Shown here: in pieces, positions 38,686-49,566 of the stretch | Layout of the letters: each line of letters opens with the position of its first letter | Position numbering within the stretch: position 1 is the stretch's first letter | IMG/VR virus record: IMGVR_UViG_3300007083_000004 | Coordinates: 96,001 to 160,000 of that record | From: a virus | Lineage: Duplodnaviria > Caudoviricetes | DNA length: 64,000 nucleotides | Reading direction: 5' to 3' (one strand) | The notes under the pieces: model-generated | Database searches by the model: none | Seen by the model: the letters and a program-made list of their open reading frames with translations, nothing else | Told to the model about the DNA's origin: nothing | Program-made: the position numbers and the translations under genes

Positions 38686-39237
38686 ATGCGCATTGACATG
38701 GACATAGAAATCTTTAAACCAGTACAATGGATAGACCCATCTCCTGCTTATTTTAAGATAAGAAAGATGTCTATTGTAGACATAAGACCCTATGTATTCA
38801 GATTGGGTAAAATATTACTGGAGTATAAAGTAATAGAAGATTTAGATGAAGTAGAAAATTATTCTTTAGAATTCACTATAAAGATTATAAAAAATATAAT
38901 AGATTTATCTAAAGCATGGGTACACGGAGAAGATTCATATTGCGTAACAGTAAATATATTACTGGATAGCCTAACAGTAGAAATGAATTCAGATCAAAGA
39001 GAAAGATTTAAAAAAGATCTAGATGATCCAAAAAAAGACAAATTAAATAAAGATATGTTCGAATATTTGAAATCGATTATAAATGAAATAGATAATAAAT
39101 TAAATAAAAATAGATATGTATTTCATAAATTGAAAGAGCATCAAAATAAATTTGTAGTCATAATTGAACAATACGATGATTATAGGGTAATTCAATGGAC
39201 TAGAAATGAACTGGAAAAACTCGAACCTTCAACATGA
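38686..39237 (+). CDS. Hypothetical protein
   Basis: First gene of a tightly overlapping operon upstream of the DNA polymerase. Confidence 0.6.
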   Translation: MRIDMDIEIFKPVQWIDPSPAYFKIRKMSIVDIRPYVFRLGKILLEYKVIEDLDEVENYSLEFTIKIIKNIIDLSKAWVHGEDSYCVTVNILLDSLTVEMNSDQRERFKKDLDDPKKDKLNKDMFEYLKSIINEIDNKLNKNRYVFHKLKEHQNKFVVIIEQYDDYRVIQWTRNELEKLEPST

Positions 39238-39619
39238 ACAAATCCAATCTGGTAAATTTATTATAGGTTTGAATCGAGCTAAAGAGTTTTATTTAAGAAA
39301 ATTGAGATTAAAACAAAAACCTATAGAAGATTCAAGAATGAAAGATGTTTTCGTGACCATGGTAGATAGAGTCATGGGTTATGAAATAGATGAAGATAAG
39401 CTCGATGAGGATTTGAACATAGATTGTTTAATAGGCATGGAGGCAAGAGAAGTAAAAGAAACTCTTTTGGACCTTATTACCGATGATATATTAAACGTCT
39501 TTCCAAAATTAGGAGCTTATGTACCCGACGATTATTATTGGGTAAAGATGGAAGGAATTTTATCGTTAATAATTACCGTACCTGAAGATTATGAGGAACA
39601 ACGTGGAATCTTTTTCTAA
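39206..39619 (+). CDS. Hypothetical protein
   Basis: 137 aa, overlaps both neighbours. Confidence 0.6.
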   Translation: MNWKNSNLQHEQIQSGKFIIGLNRAKEFYLRKLRLKQKPIEDSRMKDVFVTMVDRVMGYEIDEDKLDEDLNIDCLIGMEAREVKETLLDLITDDILNVFPKLGAYVPDDYYWVKMEGILSLIITVPEDYEEQRGIFF

Positions 39620-40085
39620 TATGTTAGAATCACTAAAATGGTATATTGATAGACCATTATCCAATATTAAAGTAAATGATGGTAAAATTTACATATTGGA
39701 TTTAAAACGGTTGATTAATGATTATGATAAAGATTCATTTCTTTATTACTATCCCGATTCAATAAAAGGATATATTCAATCGTGTGTATTGGCTAGTCAA
39801 AGACAATTATCCGACGATGTAAGAGATGTAACCATATTTAAGGAATTAGATAATGCCTATCATCATTTTAAAGCGATGGAAGAAATTAATTTAGCAATCC
39901 AAGGCTTAGAACCATCGGTGGATAATGACAAATGGTATACGGATATGGAAAATGCTGTAGAAATTGATATACTAATTCAAAATACCATGAATAAAATCAG
40001 ATATAAATATGGAGATTTTGCTGTAGTAGAAAATAGTTTTGTATGGACTAAAGCAAATGCACTTTTAGTAAATTTGAGGTTTTAA
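39591..40085 (+). CDS. Hypothetical protein
   Basis: 164 aa, operon member. Confidence 0.6.
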   Translation: MRNNVESFSNMLESLKWYIDRPLSNIKVNDGKIYILDLKRLINDYDKDSFLYYYPDSIKGYIQSCVLASQRQLSDDVRDVTIFKELDNAYHHFKAMEEINLAIQGLEPSVDNDKWYTDMENAVEIDILIQNTMNKIRYKYGDFAVVENSFVWTKANALLVNLRF

Positions 40086-40444
40086 TGATTCTTTTATTAG
40101 ATAAAAGAAGATATAAAATATTGTTATACGATTTCTTAGAAAATAGTTTTGATATAACAGATGAGTCTGAAGCCGAATCGTTATTGGATGTTTTATGTAA
40201 TTCTATAAAAGAATCTAATATCGATATAGACGTATTACACGATATTATCTATTCCGATTTATGGACTCAAGGTCATTTTAACCCATTTACCGATTTAGAA
40301 AAGAAAACCCTGATGGACTTTTTTAGTTATGTTTTATATGAAATAATTTTTCATATAAAAACATTACTATTAGATGAAAACATTTCTATTAAGCATCTAC
40401 CTAACCAATCTTTATTATCTTTATCATTTAGAGTAATAAGATAG
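40085..40444 (+). CDS. Hypothetical acidic protein
   Basis: 119 aa, TAATG coupling. Confidence 0.6.
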   Translation: MILLLDKRRYKILLYDFLENSFDITDESEAESLLDVLCNSIKESNIDIDVLHDIIYSDLWTQGHFNPFTDLEKKTLMDFFSYVLYEIIFHIKTLLLDENISIKHLPNQSLLSLSFRVIR

Positions 40445-40464
40445 ATCATTATAATCAAACACCC

Positions 40465-40824
40465 ATGAAAGCACATATACTTGCTATGTCAAGAAGGCTT
40501 GCTTGGTTAAAGACATTTTTCTCAATCGATATATACGAACAAGATAAATATCTTATATTAACAAGGTTATTTGAATTATTCACTTTGTTAATAGATAACA
40601 AAATCGATAATAATTCGTTGGTATTGGCTGAGCTTATTGACTGGTGTTTCGAATTGAACGAAACTGGTCAAATTAAACCTGATTCATATATGGACCTGGC
40701 CATAGGTTTATATGAAATACTAATGTCTTTAGCTGAAGAACTAAAATATGTTTTAATTGAAAATGGAGAAACAAATGTCGTGTTTAAAGATTTCACCAGT
40801 ATAGACATAATTGTCTTAATTTGA
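40465..40824 (+). CDS. Hypothetical acidic protein
   Basis: 119 aa. Confidence 0.6.
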   Translation: MKAHILAMSRRLAWLKTFFSIDIYEQDKYLILTRLFELFTLLIDNKIDNNSLVLAELIDWCFELNETGQIKPDSYMDLAIGLYEILMSLAEELKYVLIENGETNVVFKDFTSIDIIVLI

Positions 40825-40832
40825 GATGAATC

Positions 40833-41210
40833 ATGCAATCAATGATAATATTGGATTTAAGAGACGAATTAAAAGAGTTTAAAAGAAATCTAATAAAACC
40901 AGTAAACTTAAGAGAAACAACAATTGAAGAAATAATAAGAATAGTTTTTGATGTTTTACTATATGGTCAAATCGAAGATCAAAATGTCCCCAATCTATCT
41001 GGATTGGGGACATTTTATAAGGATTATATAGAAAACGATAATAGCTTTAAATATTTTTTTCTTGAGGATTTGGATAAATTAGTAGATAAAGTCGAAGAAA
41101 AAATGTTTAACTTGGGTATAATTAACTTAAATAATGAAAACCATGAGTTTAACTACTACCCATTCAAAATAAAAAATCATGTAGTTTATTTAACCAATTT
41201 TATTGATTAA
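40833..41210 (+). CDS. Hypothetical acidic protein
   Basis: 125 aa. Confidence 0.6.
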   Translation: MQSMIILDLRDELKEFKRNLIKPVNLRETTIEEIIRIVFDVLLYGQIEDQNVPNLSGLGTFYKDYIENDNSFKYFFLEDLDKLVDKVEEKMFNLGIINLNNENHEFNYYPFKIKNHVVYLTNFID

Positions 41211-41226
41211 CATTAAAGGTTTTATA

Positions 41227-41634
41227 ATGGCACAATTAATGAATAATAAAGGTATATACGATTTTGAAGTATATACGATTAGTATACTAGGAAATGATTT
41301 CAAAAAAGTAGAAATTCTAGGATACTTTCCATTTGAAACAGCTATTTTATTAGCCGGTGATTTAGAACCAATACACGCCGAAATATATTCTACTGGTTTA
41401 TTACCAATAGGAACGCCCAATGATCCCAGGCAATATAATTATTATAGAGTAAAAAAGAATAATGGCGATATTACTATTTTAGGTGAAGTCTGGATAAAGA
41501 ATTCTAGTATAACGGAAGTAGCATCTAAAACGGCTAAAATTACTATACCCAATACCTCTACTGGAGATTTGATTAGATTAAAAGATGTATTTAGTCAAAT
41601 GGGATATAAAGATTACGATATCGAATTTATTTAA
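41227..41634 (+). CDS. Conserved hypothetical protein (phiKZ gp49-like position)
   Basis: LPIGTPNDPRQYNY and ILGEVWI motifs; ATG 41227 after AAAGGT. Confidence 0.55.
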   Translation: MAQLMNNKGIYDFEVYTISILGNDFKKVEILGYFPFETAILLAGDLEPIHAEIYSTGLLPIGTPNDPRQYNYYRVKKNNGDITILGEVWIKNSSITEVASKTAKITIPNTSTGDLIRLKDVFSQMGYKDYDIEFI

Positions 41635-41690
41635 ATTTCATATGTTTATCCCATTTAGTGAAATGAATAAATTCGCAATTTGGGTAAGAC

Positions 41691-43877
41691 ATGAAAAATT
41701 TAAATTTTGTTAAATTTATAAAAAATAAAAATGATTACGTAAGAGACATTAGTGTAATAAAACATTATATCGAACAGGCTTCCGAATACTTATCCATTAT
41801 TAAAGACATTTCTGTAGATGAAGCCAGGTCGTTTATAAAGAATAACATTAGACCAAATGGTTTGTTTGAATTAAAAAATCCTACCGTTAAGTATTTGGAA
41901 AGGGAGAATAATTCAGATAGATCTATAAAAGAAACTACAATGGGGGAATATCTAAAAGATAGCTTAATAAATAAACAAGCTATATCTCCTACTTTAACTA
42001 CATATCAGAGTCCAGAAGAAAATCAATCTTTATTGGCTTTATATACAAATGAGAATATTAAAGAAAGAAGTAAGCTAAAGAAGAAAATGTTTAAAGCCAA
42101 AACCGATGGTAATGAAGTTTTATACACCTTCTTGGATTTAGCTCAGTTTAATGCAAAAATTACCAATAATTCTTTATCTGGCGCGTCCCTTACTCCTTCT
42201 ACAGTTCTTTTTAATCCAACTACACATTCCACTCTTACTACAATGTGTAGATTAACTACTGCTTACGGCAATGCCAATAACGAAAAGTTTATTGAAGGAA
42301 ACAGGCATTATTATGATGTAGATGTTATATTGAATAACATAATGTCTATCATTACTACTGTAGATTTAAATAAGGTTGAAAAGGCAATAATCAAATATCA
42401 ATTAAAATATCCAACGGTATCTGATGTTATTGATTGTATAAATTATTCTAGATATTTGTATTTTAAATCAGAGATCAAGATGGAACCAGTATGGGAGTTG
42501 GTAAATAGACTAACTCCCATACAAAGAGCCGCGTTTATTTATGTAGGAGATTTTTATCAGTTATTTAATCATAATCCTGATTTTATTAAAACTTTAATAT
42601 TGGATATTATCAGGAAGATTGAATCTAATGAAATAAATAACGTCATTCCTGTAATAGACGATTTAATGAGTAACTTTGATATAGCTGATGAAATCATATC
42701 GACGTTTCCTTCAGATATCTTAAATTTAGCTAAACAAATTTGCAGAAATATTACTAAGGGAAAGAGTATAAATGATATTAAAGAAAATGATCCCGATGGA
42801 TTTATATCTATAGCTCTGACGGCTTACAACATAAATCGCGTTCTTTTAGCTAAACAAGATTTTATTGAAGCTTTCTTTTTAACTAATATATTACCAGCTT
42901 CGGTTGGAAACTATACTCATTCATTAAGAAGATCGGTATTAGGAGGTGATACAGATTCCACTCTTTTTACCGTACAGGAATGGGTAAAGAGAATACTAGG
43001 TGTTATAGATTTTTCTGATCAAGCCAATAATGTTTCTGATGTAATAATATTTTTAGCTGCACAATCTTCGGCTCATTTACATGCTTTAATGAGTGTTAAT
43101 TGCGGTATGGATATAAATCGTATATTCGATACGAAAATGAAGAACGAATACAAATTCGATGTATTTGTTCCAACTTCCATGGCTAAACATTATTGGGCAT
43201 TAAAAACCGTACAAGAAGGTACCATTTATGCTAAACCAGAACTGGAATTAAAAGGAGCAAATCTAATATCATCAAATACTCCCGGTAGTATTGTATCAGA
43301 TATAAAAGAAATGCTATTGACCCAAATGAAAGATTTGGTATATGGTAAGAAATTATACATCAAAGACGTTTTAAAAACAATAGCTGATAAAGAAAACGAA
43401 ATAAAACGTAATATAGAATCAGGCTCTACTGATTATTTTAAAACAATAAATCTAAAAACAGCAAATGCATATAAACTATCTGATGTCAGTAAAACCCCTT
43501 ATTGGTATCATATTTTCTATAATTCCACTTTTGGTAAGATATACGGTTTAGTTGATGAACCTCCATACACAATGATTAAGATTCCTTTGGATGTAAATAA
43601 CCAAACAGAATTTAAAGAAACGTTGTTAAAGATGGATAACCCTGATTTAATTGAAGATATTTATGAACAAATGTCATTGACAGTAAAAAAATTATTAAAT
43701 ACTATTTATATTCCAGTAAACATTGTTCAACTAAATGGAATACCTAAAGAAATTATTAATATCATAAATGTTAGAAAGATGATGAAAGAGTCATGCGCCG
43801 CTTATTATCATATATTAGAAGCTTATGGTCTTTACATGAATAATAAAAGAAATACCAGAATGATATCAGATGTCTAA
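41691..43877 (+). CDS. Family B DNA polymerase, polymerase-domain subunit (phiKZ gp50-like)
   Basis: KITNNSLSG (motif B-like) and GDTDS (motif C), ELKG; no exonuclease motifs seen. Confidence 0.85.
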   Translation: MKNLNFVKFIKNKNDYVRDISVIKHYIEQASEYLSIIKDISVDEARSFIKNNIRPNGLFELKNPTVKYLERENNSDRSIKETTMGEYLKDSLINKQAISPTLTTYQSPEENQSLLALYTNENIKERSKLKKKMFKAKTDGNEVLYTFLDLAQFNAKITNNSLSGASLTPSTVLFNPTTHSTLTTMCRLTTAYGNANNEKFIEGNRHYYDVDVILNNIMSIITTVDLNKVEKAIIKYQLKYPTVSDVIDCINYSRYLYFKSEIKMEPVWELVNRLTPIQRAAFIYVGDFYQLFNHNPDFIKTLILDIIRKIESNEINNVIPVIDDLMSNFDIADEIISTFPSDILNLAKQICRNITKGKSINDIKENDPDGFISIALTAYNINRVLLAKQDFIEAFFLTNILPASVGNYTHSLRRSVLGGDTDSTLFTVQEWVKRILGVIDFSDQANNVSDVIIFLAAQSSAHLHALMSVNCGMDINRIFDTKMKNEYKFDVFVPTSMAKHYWALKTVQEGTIYAKPELELKGANLISSNTPGSIVSDIKEMLLTQMKDLVYGKKLYIKDVLKTIADKENEIKRNIESGSTDYFKTINLKTANAYKLSDVSKTPYWYHIFYNSTFGKIYGLVDEPPYTMIKIPLDVNNQTEFKETLLKMDNPDLIEDIYEQMSLTVKKLLNTIYIPVNIVQLNGIPKEIINIINVRKMMKESCAAYYHILEAYGLYMNNKRNTRMISDV

Positions 43878-43879
43878 TA

Positions 43880-43916
43880 TATACTACCTACAGCCAAGAT
43901 GGCTGTAGGTAGTATA
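43880..43916. terminator. Inverted repeat between convergent genes
   Basis: TATACTACCTACAGCCA-AGA-TGGCTGTAGGTAGTATA. Confidence 0.75.
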
Positions 43917-43917
43917 A

Positions 43918-44985
43918 TCATAATTTTAATAAATCTTCAATTACCTTCTTTTCTTCATTATAAAAAGAAACATCCAGAGCACTACGAATAGAATTATCAC
44001 CTAAATACTTTCTGAATTCGTATTTTATCATATTTTTTTCTAGTTGATTTGTTTTATCTATGTATTTATAAATAAACAATAAAGCTCTGATTCTGGCTAA
44101 ATAAATAGCCCAGGCTATTTGTCTATTTTCAAATACATCAGGCAATCTTAATGATTCAAACAAACTTTTTTTATTTATAACAGGAAACGTTTGTAATATA
44201 CTAGCTATATCTAAATTCCTACTTTTTATGGAATTTAATAACATAGATAATATTCTATCGATTTTATCATTAAAGTTTGTTAAATGAAAAGGATGTTTAA
44301 ATTGTATTTCATTCTTTTTTATTTCATTGTCTATTGATATTATTCTATTGAAAATAGAATAATCCATGGAGCTATAAATCATATTTAATATAGGATACGA
44401 ATATAGAAAATGATAAATGGAATTTCTACCAGTATCCTCAGTTACATATGTTTTTTGCCAGTGTCTATACGCTCGATATTGTATAGCCAACATAGGTAGG
44501 TTTATAGTATAAACATTAATACCGTTACTAATAACGGTATTGTTATATAAGAAGGAATCTATGTTGGTTTTGTTATGACGCAAAACAATTATAGGTCTTA
44601 AATCTTTCCAATATTCATGACACCAGTTTACATTTATGGTACTATCATGAACCATAATAACGTCTTTACTATTTCCTGTAGTAAAGACGTTATTAAATAT
44701 TTTACCTTTATTAAATTGGGTAGTAAAACCTAATTGTTGAGCTACCGTTAAAGCTTTATTATCTACGATACGATAGTAATCAAATATATCAGTATCTACA
44801 TCAACCGATAAACTATACAGTAATTTAACTAATATATGATCGCTACCAACAGCATAAGCTCCTGATCTATAATAATTGTTTACTATTTTTAAATTAGATA
44901 ATAAGCCCTTTTTTATATATTCAAATTCAGGTAATGCTATAATACCTTTAGCTCTACTATTTAGATGGTTAAATATGTTTAACAT
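43918..44985 (-). CDS. Conserved protein (phiKZ gp52-like by synteny)
   Basis: 355 aa on the opposite strand between the polymerase and chimallin. Confidence 0.55.
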   Translation of the reverse strand: MLNIFNHLNSRAKGIIALPEFEYIKKGLLSNLKIVNNYYRSGAYAVGSDHILVKLLYSLSVDVDTDIFDYYRIVDNKALTVAQQLGFTTQFNKGKIFNNVFTTGNSKDVIMVHDSTINVNWCHEYWKDLRPIIVLRHNKTNIDSFLYNNTVISNGINVYTINLPMLAIQYRAYRHWQKTYVTEDTGRNSIYHFLYSYPILNMIYSSMDYSIFNRIISIDNEIKKNEIQFKHPFHLTNFNDKIDRILSMLLNSIKSRNLDIASILQTFPVINKKSLFESLRLPDVFENRQIAWAIYLARIRALLFIYKYIDKTNQLEKNMIKYEFRKYLGDNSIRSALDVSFYNEEKKVIEDLLKL

Positions 44986-45132
44986 TTGGTTTTATTTCCA
45001 TCATAAAAATTTCCTTAAATATCACAGTATTGTTTTATATAAAAAATTATTGTAGTATATATATTGTGCAGATGACTATTTATATGTCGTCTGTTGGCTG
45101 GGGATATATGTTTTAAAATAGTTTTATAGAAA

Positions 45133-45140
45133 TATATTAC
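45133..45140 (+). promoter_or_regulatory. Early promoter TATATTAC for chmA
   Basis: Exact motif about 75 nt upstream of the chimallin start. Confidence 0.65.
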
Positions 45141-45214
45141 TATATTGATTAACCGTGTATGACACTTTGTATGTACACCATTTTCTTGTTAATTTATCTA
45201 AAGGAAGTATAATC

Positions 45215-47146
45215 ATGGCAATCATAGGAACCGATCAAAATGATCAAGTAAAAGGCGCTTTGGATCAAGCCGCTATTCGTGAGAATAGAGGTGCGTCCAA
45301 GGATTCTCATGGAGATCGTAGGAAAAAAGACGAAGCACCAATCGATACCCGCTTTACGTCTTTGACTCAAATCGGTAGGCTAAATCCTACTCCTTTGGCA
45401 ATGTCTGATACGGCTGAGGCGTTGGATCAGTTTTATCGGGATTTTGTCGAAGCAATGCCTAGCAAAGATGATGACAACCTCATCCAAGCAAAGGTCTTTC
45501 CCATCGATGCATCAGTGGCAGGCTTGCCGTTTTCGTTGCTGGTAGTTGCTGGCATGAAAAAGAATAAGCCAGATTTGGGCATTGGTTATCATACGTTCGT
45601 ACTAGCTGGTTCGGCCGATCAATTACAGCCTCGCGAAGAATCTATTCGCGGTCAGCGTGTAACTATCGTACAAGTACCTGGCGATGCATATGACGATCGT
45701 TGCCGTAATGTAGTAGAAGAAGTATTGGCTAACCATTACCCGGAAACCAAATTGGTTTCTTCAGATGCGGAAGTTATTCATCGTAACTTTCCTACCCTGA
45801 AAGAAAATCCCGACGCTATTGCTAATTGCGTAAAGAATTCTTATACAGCAATTAAGTTGGCTCTTGATGAAAAAGATGGGGATGTGCCGTTGCTGAAACT
45901 GGATTCTGAATCCAGAAATACGTACAACGCATTGCACATACAACATCGCCAAGATCATATTTTTGATCGTGGTCATCAACCAATTCGTTCCGACGTCGTC
46001 ATTGATTTGGTAACTCGTGAACATCGCGGTCGTTCGGCTCGCGATCCGATGGATCAGTTGATTAGCGGTCAACGCATTAGCCGTGTTGGTGGTTTCTATG
46101 ACCTCATTTATGCACCTGCTGATGGAGCATTGTTGCACGACAATATTTATTCTCGTCGCGACAATCGTGTTAGTGGCGATGAGCATCAGTTGTACGCATT
46201 GAGGTTCGTTAACACCTTTGTCGATACCATCGACTTCTCTTTGAATACTTTCCTTCTGGCTATTGCAACATTGAATGCTGCTGGAGATGAAAGAGAAATC
46301 ATGACCGCGTTTGAACCCAATCTGTCCTTGGGTGAAAATGAGTATCGTAATATCGGTGCATTGGCAATTGAGACTAATCTCATGGATGAGGAGCGTGGGT
46401 TTTCCGATCGGGTTGAAACCAAATCACCAACCTTTACCGCCGCTCGCCGTCGCGCTCTACTGAGGGCTACCATTCGTCCTGGAATTATCTTCTCTTTTGA
46501 TATTCCCGAATGTGGAGCTTCTACGTGGCAGTGGGTGCGTTGGATTGCAGCGGCTCAGGGTAGCCGTAAAGCCTCCGACGAAATTTATGATGCAGCTTGC
46601 ATCCTAACCAATGGAATCTTCGAGGAGTATTATCGTCGTGGCGACCCCATTGTAGATGATCAAATCGAACGGGTTCATGCTGGTTACTATGTTGGTGATG
46701 AGCGTGGCGGTATTCTCGATATTCGGGATTTTGACTATCTGGCTCTATTGAACATGCTCAATCCTGAGTCTGTTCGTGATCTGGAAGTTGTTCAGCGCTG
46801 GAGTGATAATAAGTTCGATGAAACGGTTCTGCGTCAATCGGATCGCTATGAAATTATCCGCAGGTTCATTCCCCATGCAGTAATCACCGGAATGTATCAA
46901 CGTGTTAATTTGAATAGCCACTTTAACCAAGCTCTGGTAGATGCCATCATTTCGTGCGGACTCTCTCTTAATCCCGCGTCTTCCAAGACCGAGGGTGGTG
47001 AGCGTTATCGTAGTACTTACGGCAACATCGATTCGGTTATTAACCGCCCCGGTGCCGTTGGTCTGTATCGTAACCGTCGTATTCAACGCGATTACGATGA
47101 AGATCGTTATTACGATAGCAACCGTCGCTTTGAAGGCCGCTGGTAA
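45215..47146 (+). CDS. chmA: Chimallin, phage nuclear shell protein (phiKZ gp54-like)
   Basis: About 643 aa from the SD-led ATG 45215; directly upstream of the nvRNAP beta-prime gene; high-expression codon bias; C-terminal RW; LDIRDFDYLALLN motif. Confidence 0.85.
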   Translation: MAIIGTDQNDQVKGALDQAAIRENRGASKDSHGDRRKKDEAPIDTRFTSLTQIGRLNPTPLAMSDTAEALDQFYRDFVEAMPSKDDDNLIQAKVFPIDASVAGLPFSLLVVAGMKKNKPDLGIGYHTFVLAGSADQLQPREESIRGQRVTIVQVPGDAYDDRCRNVVEEVLANHYPETKLVSSDAEVIHRNFPTLKENPDAIANCVKNSYTAIKLALDEKDGDVPLLKLDSESRNTYNALHIQHRQDHIFDRGHQPIRSDVVIDLVTREHRGRSARDPMDQLISGQRISRVGGFYDLIYAPADGALLHDNIYSRRDNRVSGDEHQLYALRFVNTFVDTIDFSLNTFLLAIATLNAAGDEREIMTAFEPNLSLGENEYRNIGALAIETNLMDEERGFSDRVETKSPTFTAARRRALLRATIRPGIIFSFDIPECGASTWQWVRWIAAAQGSRKASDEIYDAACILTNGIFEEYYRRGDPIVDDQIERVHAGYYVGDERGGILDIRDFDYLALLNMLNPESVRDLEVVQRWSDNKFDETVLRQSDRYEIIRRFIPHAVITGMYQRVNLNSHFNQALVDAIISCGLSLNPASSKTEGGERYRSTYGNIDSVINRPGAVGLYRNRRIQRDYDEDRYYDSNRRFEGRW

Positions 47147-47191
47147 TAAATCGGTACAGTTTAAATGTTATAAACAGTAACATATAAACAA

Positions 47192-47229
47192 ATATACACC
47201 TGAGAGCTTACCGGCTCTCAGGTGTATAT
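47192..47229 (+). terminator. Terminator after chmA
   Basis: ATATACACCTGAGAGC-6nt-GCTCTCAGGTGTATAT plus T-run. Confidence 0.75.
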
Positions 47230-47269
47230 ATTTTTTTGTTTAGTAAATATTGTATTATAAAAAAAGAAA

Positions 47270-47277
47270 TATATTAC
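47270..47277 (+). promoter_or_regulatory. Early promoter TATATTAC
   Basis: Exact motif upstream of the nvRNAP beta-prime gene. Confidence 0.6.
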
Positions 47278-47325
47278 TAATTAGATGTACCAAACACCAG
47301 TACATATTTTAAAAGGAAATAGCGT

Positions 47326-48861
47326 ATGGGACACCATTTGGAATTAGAAGATTTTGATGATGTTTTTCACAATTTATCAACACAACCTTTAATTGTAAAT
47401 GACATTTTAGATACAATTGAAGGAGAAAAAGAAAAACTCGATCGAAGTCTAATGACCGTTTATAATTTCACAGATCTCATGGATACCGTTCCTAGATGTT
47501 CATGTGGAACATTAGTCGGTCAACATCACATTGATCATGATGGTAAAGGTACTTTATGTCGAATATGTAATACCAGAGTCCAACCTCTACTTGATAGAAG
47601 TTTGGAACCATTGGTATGGGTGAGAGCTCCAGATGGCGTTAGGGATATAATGGATCCTCATGTATGGAGATTACTATCCGACATCTTTGATATAGGAGGT
47701 GGTAGGGGTGGTGGTTTTAATATTATTGAATATCTGACCAACACCAATTATAGATATAGTACCGATAGATATCAGTACATAGTTGATACATTGGAAGAAA
47801 TGAATATACCTAGAGGGTATAACAACTTTCACGATCATTTCGATACAATAATTGAAGACTTGATGACTGCTCTAAAAACTATGAAAAAGGCAGATAAAGC
47901 CAGACAAATCAAGTTTGAAGATCTAAGAAAGTTTATCAGTATGTATAGGGACAGGATTTTTTCTAAACACATACCAATACACAACAAAACTCTCTTGGTG
48001 ATCGAAAATACCAACTACACCACCTATATGGATAATTCATTAAAGGTGATACTAGATGCCGTCAGGAATATATCGGGTATAGATTCTGAAATAAAAGCAT
48101 ATACAATAAAACAAAAAGAAAACAGGGTCTCTAAATTAATAAAAACATTATCCGACTTTGCTAAAGCCTATGAAAAGAAATTTCTAGCCAGTAAACCAGG
48201 ATTATTGCGTAAACACGTGTTCGCCAGTAGATGCTGGTTTAGTTTCAGAGCTGTAATTAATTCATTAACTACACCCCATGATCATGATGAAATTCATATT
48301 CCATGGCCTTTAGCAGTAACAGCCTTGCGAATTCATTTGATGAGTAAATTGTATCGTAAAGGATACGGTTATAACGATGCTAGTTATTTATTAAATGAAT
48401 ACACGCATCAGTATCATCCTCTATTAGACGAATTGTTTGTCGAACTAATAGATGAAACTAAATATAAAGGAATTCCTTGTATATTTGGTAGAAATCCTTC
48501 CATGTATAGAACTTCAATTCAACGAATGTTTATTACAAAGGTAAAAACGAATCCTAAGATTTTGTCTATCAGCTATCCTATAATAAGCGTAGCGGGACCG
48601 AACGCCGATTTTGACGGCGATTCAATGTTTTCGTTTCTAACATTGGATAATTGGACAACGGATGAATTGAGGTATTTAGCACCACATTTTGGCGCTTGGA
48701 AGTTATCGGGTCCAAGAGAAGTGGGTGACAATATGAAATTACCCAAACCCATAGTGTCATCTATTATAAATTGGATTTATGATTACCATGATAAGGATAA
48801 GATACCCGATCCTTATAAAATGGAGAAAATGCACGAAATGTTTTCAATAAGGAAATTATAG
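47326..48861 (+). CDS. Non-virion RNA polymerase beta-prime N-terminal subunit (phiKZ gp55-like)
   Basis: Catalytic NADFDGD, Zn ribbon CSCG...CRIC, KPGLLRKHV, RNP motif. Confidence 0.93.
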   Translation: MGHHLELEDFDDVFHNLSTQPLIVNDILDTIEGEKEKLDRSLMTVYNFTDLMDTVPRCSCGTLVGQHHIDHDGKGTLCRICNTRVQPLLDRSLEPLVWVRAPDGVRDIMDPHVWRLLSDIFDIGGGRGGGFNIIEYLTNTNYRYSTDRYQYIVDTLEEMNIPRGYNNFHDHFDTIIEDLMTALKTMKKADKARQIKFEDLRKFISMYRDRIFSKHIPIHNKTLLVIENTNYTTYMDNSLKVILDAVRNISGIDSEIKAYTIKQKENRVSKLIKTLSDFAKAYEKKFLASKPGLLRKHVFASRCWFSFRAVINSLTTPHDHDEIHIPWPLAVTALRIHLMSKLYRKGYGYNDASYLLNEYTHQYHPLLDELFVELIDETKYKGIPCIFGRNPSMYRTSIQRMFITKVKTNPKILSISYPIISVAGPNADFDGDSMFSFLTLDNWTTDELRYLAPHFGAWKLSGPREVGDNMKLPKPIVSSIINWIYDYHDKDKIPDPYKMEKMHEMFSIRKL

Positions 48862-49497
48862 ATGGGAAGCTATTTAACGAATGACGAAATAAGCAACTAC
48901 ATCTACGGAGAACCTAAAGAAAGTACATTGCGTTATCTAAGACGAGAAGTGGAGAGATATTCAGACAGGATAGGCGATGTATTCGATAACTTCTTTAGCG
49001 ACGCCAGAGATGTTTTTGAACGATTTAACGGAGTTTCTGCTTTAAGGAGAATTCGTAAGCGATTAAGGGAATCTGAAAATCTCTTTGATAAAGATATCGT
49101 ATTGCCACTAACAGACATGAAAGGGCTACAAACAGCCAAGTCTGTTATGCAAAGATACATTATGTGTAATCCTATATCAAGGCAACTAGAAGAATCCCAG
49201 TGCATTGACTCATATTCTGATTCATACAGGAATCCTTATCCAGGTAGAAAATCTTTCGATGATCCCGATTACATGAGAGTAATCGATGGGTTTGTATTTA
49301 CAGAAAACTATCATGATATCAAGATAAGGGAAACTGAAGATGCATGGATAGCATATCAAGATTTGAATTACAATGAAGATGAAAGGGAGTTATTCTTGGC
49401 TGAGCAAATGGATATATTATCCACATGGGAAGTTTTGGAACATTTTTATGCTCAAAAAGGAAAAGACCCTACGTCTATACTAAACGAAGATATGTGA
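48862..49497 (+). CDS. Conserved protein (phiKZ gp59/Imp3-like by synteny)
   Basis: 211 aa directly after beta-prime; MQRYIM.NP and terminal DPTS motifs. Confidence 0.5.
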   Translation: MGSYLTNDEISNYIYGEPKESTLRYLRREVERYSDRIGDVFDNFFSDARDVFERFNGVSALRRIRKRLRESENLFDKDIVLPLTDMKGLQTAKSVMQRYIMCNPISRQLEESQCIDSYSDSYRNPYPGRKSFDDPDYMRVIDGFVFTENYHDIKIRETEDAWIAYQDLNYNEDERELFLAEQMDILSTWEVLEHFYAQKGKDPTSILNEDM

Positions 49498-49503
49498 TTA
49501 TTG

Positions 49504-49539
49504 TAATGACTGATAGGCTATATAGCCTATCAGTCATTA
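49504..49539. terminator. Perfect 36-bp palindrome
   Basis: TAATGACTGATAGGCTAT|ATAGCCTATCAGTCATTA. Confidence 0.7.
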
Positions 49540-49566
49540 TTTTTTTTTATGGAGTAAAGAAATTCT

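Noticed and set aside
45761-47180. Antisense and alternate-frame ORFs within chimallin
   Set aside because: Expected shadow ORFs of a GC-richer, codon-biased gene; no SD or recognisable motifs
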